Source of the DNA: Spirochaetia bacterium
GTDB lineage: Bacteria > Spirochaetota > Spirochaetia > DSM-2461
Reading direction: 5' to 3'
Assembly: GCA_963668315.1 (NCBI GenBank)
Contig: OY764216.1
Coordinates: 1,088,001-1,152,000 of the forward strand
DNA: 64,000 nucleotides
Below, one piece after another: positions 57,276-64,000 of this stretch (within the stretch, counting starts at the first letter, position 1; each line of letters opens with the position of its first letter). A program made the translations under genes and the position numbers. The notes below the pieces were generated by a model, which saw only the letters and a list, made by a program, of their open reading frames with translations, was not told where the DNA came from and ran no database searches.

Positions 57276-57300
57276 CGGGACCCGGCATAACCGGGCCCCG
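57276..57300. other. Intergenic GC-rich stem-loop after the SBP gene (likely mRNA stabiliser)
   Basis: CGGGACCCGG-CATAA-CCGGGCCCCG with no T-run in the operon direction. Confidence 0.55.
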
Positions 57301-57313
57301 AAAATGCTTTTTT

Positions 57314-58933
57314 TTATTCAGCCAGGTCCCATTCGTTCACGTCATAGAACGTGCCGTAGAAACGGGGCTCACCCTTGATGAGTTTGTTGGAAACACCAAG
57401 GAGCTCCTGGTAGGAGTACAGGGTGATGAGGGGGAGTTCCTCATGCATGATTTTCTGAATCTCGTTGTAGTAGGTTCTCCGCACGGCGGGATCCGGCTCG
57501 ATCCGTCCCTTGACAAAGTAATCGCTGAACTCTTTGTTGTGGTAGTCGGAAAAGTTCAGACCGGCACCCTCTTCAACCATGACGGAGATTCCATCGGGGT
57601 CGAGGAGGAAGTTGTTGCCGATGAGGAGCAGATCGAAGTCATGTACTCTTCCCTTCTGCATGATGGTGGGGAAGTCGTACTTGGTCATCTCGATCTTCAG
57701 ACCTATCTCGGTGAGATTCTGGGTGATGATGTTGGCGGACTGCTCGCGGTCCTTGTTTCCGATGGGAACCACAAGGTTGATGGTTCTGTCGAAGTCCCAG
57801 CCGGCCTCTTCCAGCATGGCCTTGGCCTTGCCGGGATCATAGGTGTACTGTGGGATATCCTTGTTCAGGTAGGGGTTCAGAGAGGTGTAGGGGGGGTCCA
57901 CGACTTCGCCCGATCCTTTCAGAAGCTTGTTCAGAATGGTCTCTCTGTCCAGAGCGTATACGATAGCCTGGCGGACTTTGGGATCGGTGATGGTGCCCAC
58001 GTTGAAGAGCATCATCTGAACACTGGTGTTGGGTTCGGTCTTGGTCCAGATGCCGTCCATCTCCTTAACCGTGTCAAAGTCGGTACTGGGGAAAAGACCG
58101 ATTCCGAGACCGGTGTTGAAGTGGATCTCTCCCGTTTCCAGCTGGGTGGCCAGGTTGGTGGAGGGAACGAGTTTGATGTACATGTTCTTGATCTTGGGAG
58201 CGCCGCGGTAGTAGTCCTCGTTGGCAACGTACTGAACGAACTGGTCCTTTTCGTAGGTTACGAATTTGTAGGGACCGCTGGTTACGTCGGGAGCCAGGAA
58301 GTAGGGGAGCTGTGCGAACTCGGCGGGATCGGCATCCTTGAGCACGTGCTTGGGAAGGATGAAGAGCTTGGTTCCGAGCTGTTCCCGGATCATGTTCAAG
58401 TCGATGGCCTGCTTCAGGGTGATCTCGAGGGATTTCTCGTCGAGAACCTTGATGGAAGAGAGTTCGGTTTCTCCCTCGGGGAGTTTGCCGTTCTCGGCAA
58501 GACCGGCGAACTGAGCGATATAGGTACCGATGTTCGTTTCGGTTTTGGGATTGGCGAGAAGGTTCAGGGTAAAGGCCACGTCTTCGGCGGTGATAGATTC
58601 GCCGTCGGTCCATTTTGCCTTGTCGTTGAGTTTGATATAAAGGGTCGTGGGATCCTTCAGCTCAAAGGTATCGGCCAGCATGGGCTCGAATTCGAGGGGT
58701 TTTACCATGCCGAGCAGAGAGTCGAACATGGGGCCCTGGTCATACTGGGACCCGATGTCCGGTGAATTCAGGGGGTTGAAGGTGATCGGGGGATTGACCT
58801 GTCCGATATAGATGGTCTTTTCCGCCGCCGCTTCATCTCCGCCGGAGCAGGACGCCAGTCCGGCAAAGAGAAGTACTGCCGATAAAACTGTTACGCTCAG
58901 TTTTATCCCATTGCTGAAAAATCGTTTTTTCAT
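57314..58933 (-). CDS. Peptide/opine/nickel ABC substrate-binding lipoprotein (family 5)
   Basis: Lipobox LASC; P.LA, KWTDGE.ITAEDV.FT, GPYK, VRQAI.YALDR, YDP.KAK..LEEAG. Confidence 0.92.
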   Translation of the reverse strand: MKKRFFSNGIKLSVTVLSAVLLFAGLASCSGGDEAAAEKTIYIGQVNPPITFNPLNSPDIGSQYDQGPMFDSLLGMVKPLEFEPMLADTFELKDPTTLYIKLNDKAKWTDGESITAEDVAFTLNLLANPKTETNIGTYIAQFAGLAENGKLPEGETELSSIKVLDEKSLEITLKQAIDLNMIREQLGTKLFILPKHVLKDADPAEFAQLPYFLAPDVTSGPYKFVTYEKDQFVQYVANEDYYRGAPKIKNMYIKLVPSTNLATQLETGEIHFNTGLGIGLFPSTDFDTVKEMDGIWTKTEPNTSVQMMLFNVGTITDPKVRQAIVYALDRETILNKLLKGSGEVVDPPYTSLNPYLNKDIPQYTYDPGKAKAMLEEAGWDFDRTINLVVPIGNKDREQSANIITQNLTEIGLKIEMTKYDFPTIMQKGRVHDFDLLLIGNNFLLDPDGISVMVEEGAGLNFSDYHNKEFSDYFVKGRIEPDPAVRRTYYNEIQKIMHEELPLITLYSYQELLGVSNKLIKGEPRFYGTFYDVNEWDLAE

Positions 58934-58973
58934 TTTTATAAGTTCTCCTTTATTGGTTTACTTTCTTCTTATA

Positions 58974-59834
58974 TTATTGAACTTTTTTCGGGTCCAGGGC
59001 ATCGCGCAGCCCGTCTCCGATAAAGTTGATTGACAATACGGTGATGACGATCATCAGACCCGCCGGAATCCACATCCAGGGCTCCTTGGCGAGAATCGTC
59101 ATGGACTGGGCGTCGGTGAGGATATTACCCCAGGTCGCCGTGGGAGGCTGGACTCCCATACCCAGAAAGCTGAGGGACGATTCCATCAGGATGGCGCTGG
59201 AAACACCGAAGGTCGCGTTGACGATGACCGGCGCCAGGATATTGGGCAGGATATGCTTGAAGATCAGTCTCTTGTGGGAATACCCCAGGACGATGCCCGC
59301 TTTGACGTAGTCCGATTCCTTGACGGTCAGGATGCTTCCCCTTATCAGTCTGGCAACGCCCGGCCAGCCGAGGAGTCCCAGGGACAGGATGACGTTGAAC
59401 GTGGACGGTCCCAGGATACTTACCAGAACCAGGATGACCATGATCTGGGGAAAGGACATGATAATATCGGTGAAGCGCATGATCAGCATATTCAGCTTGC
59501 CCCCGAAATACCCGGAGAGGACCCCCATGATACCGCCGATGATCACGTAGATAATCACGGTCCCGACACCGATGATGAGGGACACCCGGGAACCGTACAG
59601 AATACGGCTCAGGACGTCTCTTCCCACGGGATCCGTTCCCAGGGGATGCTCGGCGGAGGGGGCCGCTTCAAAGGTATCGCTTACCTCGTAGGGGCTGTGG
59701 GGAGCCAGAAGAGGGGCGAAAATGGCGGAAAGGACAATCAGAGAGAAGATAATACTGCCGATCATCGCCGGTTTATGTCTTAAAAATCGTCTGAGGACGG
59801 AATTGGTTGGCTGTGTTTTTTCTGTTTTACTCAT
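58974..59834 (-). CDS. Peptide ABC permease (DppC/OppC family)
   Basis: HPLGTD..GRD, ARLIRG, H.LPN, LSFLG.G. Confidence 0.92.
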   Translation of the reverse strand: MSKTEKTQPTNSVLRRFLRHKPAMIGSIIFSLIVLSAIFAPLLAPHSPYEVSDTFEAAPSAEHPLGTDPVGRDVLSRILYGSRVSLIIGVGTVIIYVIIGGIMGVLSGYFGGKLNMLIMRFTDIIMSFPQIMVILVLVSILGPSTFNVILSLGLLGWPGVARLIRGSILTVKESDYVKAGIVLGYSHKRLIFKHILPNILAPVIVNATFGVSSAILMESSLSFLGMGVQPPTATWGNILTDAQSMTILAKEPWMWIPAGLMIVITVLSINFIGDGLRDALDPKKVQ

Positions 59835-59846
59835 ATCGGGAATTCC

Positions 59847-60791
59847 TTATTCTTTAATTCTCGGATCTGTAACCAGATAGGCCAGATCGGTCAGGAGGTT
59901 GGCACCTATGACAAACAGGGCTGATATCAGGTTGATGGCCATGAGGACGGGATAGTCACGGGAGCCGATGGACTGAATGGTCAGCTGTCCGATACCGGGC
60001 CACTGAAAAATCTGTTCCGTAACAACCGCTCCGCCTATCAGCAGGGGAATATCCAGGCCGATTACCGTAATGATGGGAATCAGGGCATTTTTCAGCGCAT
60101 GTCTCAGAATCACGATCCATTCGCTCAGCCCTTTGGAGCGGGCCGTTCTGAGATAGTCCTGGTTAAGAACATCCAGCATGCTCGATCTTACGTAGCGGAC
60201 CATCTTTCCGGCGATAGCCATGGCCAGTACGAATACGGGCAGAATCAGGTGCTCAATGCGGTCGCCGATATCCATTCCCTTTCCCAGGCTGTACATGTTT
60301 CCCGTAGGAAGCAGATGCAGTTTGAGCGAGAAAATGTAGATCCCGAACATGCCGAAGAAAAAGGGCGGCACGGATATTCCGAGAAAGGAGAGTCCCGTCA
60401 CACCGTGGTCCAGAAGGGAGTACTGCTTCGTGGCGCTCAGGATACCGATCGGAATGGCGATGATGTAGGCTACCAGCATGGCGATTCCCATGAGAAGCAG
60501 GGTCGGTCCGATTCTGTCGGCCATGATATCCTTGACCGGTTCATAGCTCGAATAGGAGTATCCCAGGTCTCCCTGTATGACCTTTCCGAGCCAGACGCCG
60601 TACTGGTAAAGAACCGGTTTGTCCAGTCCCATGGCCGCCCTTTTCTGGGCGAGGTCTTCCTCGGTGGCGTAGGGGTTCATGTAGGCGTCTACCGGATCTC
60701 CCGGTGCCATGGACATGATGAGGAAGTTGAACAGGGTGACAAAAAATAAAATGGGTATGGTAAGAAGCAGTCTGTGTCGCAGTTTATTCAT
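59847..60791 (-). CDS. Peptide ABC permease (DppB/OppB family)
   Basis: PGDP, GDLG.S, DY.RTARSKGL, HAL.NA, E.IF.WPG.G. Confidence 0.92.
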   Translation of the reverse strand: MNKLRHRLLLTIPILFFVTLFNFLIMSMAPGDPVDAYMNPYATEEDLAQKRAAMGLDKPVLYQYGVWLGKVIQGDLGYSYSSYEPVKDIMADRIGPTLLLMGIAMLVAYIIAIPIGILSATKQYSLLDHGVTGLSFLGISVPPFFFGMFGIYIFSLKLHLLPTGNMYSLGKGMDIGDRIEHLILPVFVLAMAIAGKMVRYVRSSMLDVLNQDYLRTARSKGLSEWIVILRHALKNALIPIITVIGLDIPLLIGGAVVTEQIFQWPGIGQLTIQSIGSRDYPVLMAINLISALFVIGANLLTDLAYLVTDPRIKE

Positions 60792-60794
60792 GAT

Positions 60795-61676
60795 TTACTT
60801 CTCCTCCGTGGTATTTGTGAAGTTGTTTCTCCTGGTCCGCTTGAGCGGATCGGGAATGGGGTAGGCGCTCAGGAGTTTTTTGGTATAGGCATCCTGGGGA
60901 TTGGCGAAAATCTCGTGAACGTCTCCGGTCTCAACGATTTTGCCCTTGTTCATAACAATGATCCTGTCGCTGATATACTTGACCGCGCCCAGCCCGTGGG
61001 CGATGAAAAGCACGGTGAGGTTCAATTCTTTCTGGAGATCCTTGAGAAGGTTCAGAACCTGGACCTGGATGGATACGTCCAGTGCCGATACGGGCTCGTC
61101 GCAGACGAGAAGCTTCGGATTGACGCTCAGCGCCCGGGCTATGCCGATTCTCTGTCTCTGGCCGCCGGAGAACTCATGGGGGTACCGGTCGGCGGAGCTT
61201 TCCGGAATTCCTACCAGATCTAGAAGATGAAGTACGCGCTTCCACCTCTCCTGACGGTCTTTCATACCGTGAACATAGAGAGCCTCGGCCAGCATTTCTC
61301 CGATCTTCTGCCGGGGATTGAGGGAGGAGTAGGGATCCTGAAACACAATCTGGAAGTTTTTCCTGGCCAGAAGAAGCTCTGTACCGTTAAGCGTGCTTAT
61401 ATCCTGTCCGTCAAACCAGATCCTGCCGTCCGTAACGTTTTCCAGCCGAACGATCAAGCGGGCCATGGTGGACTTTCCGCATCCCGATTCGCCCACGAGA
61501 CCGAGCATTTCTCCCTCAAAAATTTTAAAGGAAACCCCGTCCACGGCCTTTACGAATTCAGGCTCGGAGGAACGGCGGAGAGAGCTCTTGCCGATGGGGT
61601 AGTGTTTCTTGACTTCCTGAACCGTCAGCAGGGTTTTCCGGGATTCTTTCATTTTATCGCTAATATTCTCAGCCAT
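60795..61676 (-). CDS. Peptide ABC ATP-binding protein (DppF/OppF family)
   Basis: [38 protein letters not shown]. Confidence 0.92.
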   Translation of the reverse strand: MAENISDKMKESRKTLLTVQEVKKHYPIGKSSLRRSSEPEFVKAVDGVSFKIFEGEMLGLVGESGCGKSTMARLIVRLENVTDGRIWFDGQDISTLNGTELLLARKNFQIVFQDPYSSLNPRQKIGEMLAEALYVHGMKDRQERWKRVLHLLDLVGIPESSADRYPHEFSGGQRQRIGIARALSVNPKLLVCDEPVSALDVSIQVQVLNLLKDLQKELNLTVLFIAHGLGAVKYISDRIIVMNKGKIVETGDVHEIFANPQDAYTKKLLSAYPIPDPLKRTRRNNFTNTTEEK

Positions 61677-62649
61677 GTTTTACTCCTTCCGCCAGCCAGC
61701 AACGAATCTTATGGTTTCCATCGGTAGTGAAAACGGGCGGATTATTGGTTTTGCACTTATCCATCGCCATGGAACAGCGCTCGCAGAAACGGCAGCCTTC
61801 GGGCATATCCCTGAGGCTGGGGACGTTTCCAGGAATGGATTTCAACCGTTCGGTGAAATCGTCCGAAACATTCGGAATGGAACCCATGAGCCCCTTGGTA
61901 TAGGGGTGGGTCGGCGATTGAAACAGGGTGAAAACGTCGGCTTCCTCCACAATCTGTCCGGCGTACATAACAATAACTCTGTCCGCCATTTCCGCGACGA
62001 CTCCGAGGTCGTGGGTTATCAGCAGAATGGATGCTTCCGATTCCTTCCTGAGGTCCTCCATCAGGTCCAGAATCTGGGCCTGAATCGTTACGTCAAGGGC
62101 CGTGGTCGGTTCGTCGGCGATAAGCAGATCGGGTGAGCAGAGCATAGCCATGGCGATCATGACCCGCTGCCTCATCCCTCCCGAAAGGGTCCCGGGATAG
62201 TCGGCGAAAACTTTGTCCGCCCGGGGAATCCCGACTTTTTCCAGCCAGGAGATACAGACTTTCTTTCCCTCTTCTTTGGAGAGGCCTTTGTGGATCTCGA
62301 GGGGCTCGAGCATCTGACGGCCGATGGTCAGTACGGGATTCAGGGAGGTCATGGGTTCCTGAAAAATCATGGAAATCCGGTTGCCCCTGAGTTTCTTCAT
62401 TTTATCGGGACTCAGAGTCGCGATGTCCTCATCTCCAAAGGCGATGCTGCCCTTCTTTATGATACCGTTCTTTCCCAGCAGTCTCATGAGAGACATGGCC
62501 GTCACACTCTTTCCGCAGCCCGATTCGCCCACTATGGAAAGAACTTCTCCCTTTTTAATGGAAAAAGAGATATTCTCCACGCAGACAAGCTCGCCGTCGT
62601 CGGTGTTGAACGCTATCTGTAAATCCTTAACGTCAATTATATTATCCAT
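61669..62649 (-). CDS. Peptide ABC ATP-binding protein (DppD/OppD family)
   Basis: [30 protein letters not shown]-terminal Cys motif. Confidence 0.92.
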   Translation of the reverse strand: MDNIIDVKDLQIAFNTDDGELVCVENISFSIKKGEVLSIVGESGCGKSVTAMSLMRLLGKNGIIKKGSIAFGDEDIATLSPDKMKKLRGNRISMIFQEPMTSLNPVLTIGRQMLEPLEIHKGLSKEEGKKVCISWLEKVGIPRADKVFADYPGTLSGGMRQRVMIAMAMLCSPDLLIADEPTTALDVTIQAQILDLMEDLRKESEASILLITHDLGVVAEMADRVIVMYAGQIVEEADVFTLFQSPTHPYTKGLMGSIPNVSDDFTERLKSIPGNVPSLRDMPEGCRFCERCSMAMDKCKTNNPPVFTTDGNHKIRCWLAEGVKHG

Positions 62650-63816
62650 CTATTTGTCCTCATACTTTTTAAGAAGTGCCAGGGCGCCATTGACCATCAC
62701 CTTCACTCCCGCTCCCAGGGCAGCTTCGTCAAGGTTGAACTGGGGATGATGGAGGGGATTCCCCTTGCCTTCATCGCCGCCCTTTATTCCCAGGAAGTAA
62801 AAGCAGCCGGGAATATATTTCTGATATTCCCCGAAATCCTCTCCACCCATAAAAGGTGCCCTGGGAATGACGTTTTCATCTCCCAGCACAGCTTTGGCTG
62901 TCTCTTCCAGGAGCGCGGTCACCTCCCTGTCGTTGATAACGCAGGGGTAGCCCTCAATGAACTCAAAGGAGCCCCGGGCGTTATTGCACCGGCATACGCC
63001 TTCGATAATCTGCTCCATGCGGGATTTGATCAGATCACGGGTTTCCACATTGAATGTCCGGACCGTGCCGCACAGCTCGGCTTTGCCGGGAATGACGTTA
63101 TGGGTCGTTCCCCCGTGGAACTGGGTTATGGAAAGAACCGCGTTCTCCATGGGGCCGACATTACGGGAAATGATCGTCTGAAAATTCTGGGCTATCTGAA
63201 CTCCGATCATAATCGGATCAATTGTTTCCTGTGGAATAGCTCCATGGCCGCCTTTGCCGGTTATCACAACTTTGAATTCATCCGGTTCCGCCATGGCGGG
63301 GCCGTAGGTTATCCCGACTTTTCCCGATTCGACATCCGGCGCCACATGGGTTCCCAGAATGGCCGAAACTCCTTCCAGGGCTCCGGCTTTGACGAAGTCC
63401 ACGGCTCCTCCCGGGGAAAGTTCTTCTCCATGCTGGAAGAAAAACCGTATTTCCCCGTTCCAGCTCTCTCTGGTCGAGTGGAGCGACAGAAGGGTTCCCA
63501 GAAGCATGGCCGTATGGGAATCATGACCGCAGGCATGCATGACACCGGGATTCTTGGAGATATAATCAACGCTATTCTCTTCGGTAATGGGAAGGGCGTC
63601 CATATCCCCGCGAAGGGCTATGACCGGCCCGGGACCGTTTCCGCGCAGTACGGCAAGCAGACCTGTCCGGGCGGGTCTTGATATTTCCACTCCCTCAAGA
63701 GAACTGACGATTCCGTAGATATATTCTGTTGTTTTCTCTTCATGAAAGGAGAGCTCCGGATTTTCATGCAGATAGCGTCTCCAGGTTATGACTTTTTTAA
63801 TAATTTCTTCATTCAT
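62650..63816 (-). CDS. M20D family amidohydrolase (second paralog)
   Basis: RRYLHENPELSFHE, RGDMDAL, MHACGHD.H, QHGEE, GGH, GEDF, LHHP.F. Confidence 0.92.
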   Translation of the reverse strand: MNEEIIKKVITWRRYLHENPELSFHEEKTTEYIYGIVSSLEGVEISRPARTGLLAVLRGNGPGPVIALRGDMDALPITEENSVDYISKNPGVMHACGHDSHTAMLLGTLLSLHSTRESWNGEIRFFFQHGEELSPGGAVDFVKAGALEGVSAILGTHVAPDVESGKVGITYGPAMAEPDEFKVVITGKGGHGAIPQETIDPIMIGVQIAQNFQTIISRNVGPMENAVLSITQFHGGTTHNVIPGKAELCGTVRTFNVETRDLIKSRMEQIIEGVCRCNNARGSFEFIEGYPCVINDREVTALLEETAKAVLGDENVIPRAPFMGGEDFGEYQKYIPGCFYFLGIKGGDEGKGNPLHHPQFNLDEAALGAGVKVMVNGALALLKKYEDK

Positions 63817-63890
63817 CTTGCAAAACTCTTCTCAGTTATCAATTTTGAAACCCATTCCGTCAAACGGAATTGTGGATGATACTCCCATAG

Positions 63891-63907
63891 TGCAATTACC
63901 GGGCCAA
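63891..63907 (-). promoter_or_regulatory. sigma54 (-24/-12) promoter candidate for the amidohydrolase/peptide-ABC operon
   Basis: Minus strand TTGGCCCGGTAATTGCA, exact GG-N10-GC spacing, 74 nt upstream of the ATG. Confidence 0.65.
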
Positions 63908-64000
63908 TTAGATCATTCACTGAATAAATAAAGAGTAGAGAAGAAAAAAAGAATTCGGGGAAAAAAAGAATCGTACTTGGGTGTATGAAAAGTTACGAAT

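Noticed and set aside
57272..58765. 497-aa plus-strand ORF opposite the peptide SBP
   Set aside because: Codon-aligned antisense frame of a strongly biased gene; no motifs.

Overview
This 64-kb window is bacterial DNA of moderately high GC, densely coding, with about 45 genes. The gene content (FecR/beta-barrel pair, MMPL + LolA-like + barrel trio, LA_2272-type repeat protein, 2-oxoacid:ferredoxin oxidoreductase) suggests an anaerobic free-living spirochaete, which is inference only. I saw no rRNA, tRNA, CRISPR array, transposase or integrase. In order it holds: a partial DapA-family gene; a ChvE/GguAB-type sugar ABC operon with a divergent DeoR gene and an orphan sugar ATPase; a PocR/PAS/GAF hybrid kinase; paaK; two c-di-GMP enzymes; two paralogous putative outer-membrane proteins, one FecR-fused; and a CoADR-rhodanese-TusA-DsrE fusion. 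Next come an all-exported CapA / DUF3160 / Memo / (UPF0489-like + AMMECR1) cluster, an RND pump, a CreD-like gene, a NapH-like + FMN-binding pair, and a TetR-controlled MMPL/LolA-like/barrel operon with an acidic DSFF repeat. The last part holds an MCP, PTS-EIIA + CPA-CBS antiporter, a rubrerythrin-VIT1 protein, a membrane LuxR with two secreted repeat proteins, a Vor-type oxidoreductase operon, an OmpA-domain protein, and a likely sigma54-driven peptide-ABC operon with two M20 amidohydrolases and a TSUP exporter. The best candidate for an undescribed system is the extracytoplasmic Memo/AMMECR1/CapA/DUF3160 cluster at 24355-30421, which has no radical-SAM partner in the window. The runner-up is the MMPL lipid-transport operon with its acidic-Phe repeats. 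All family calls come from motif recognition by eye, not from database searches.
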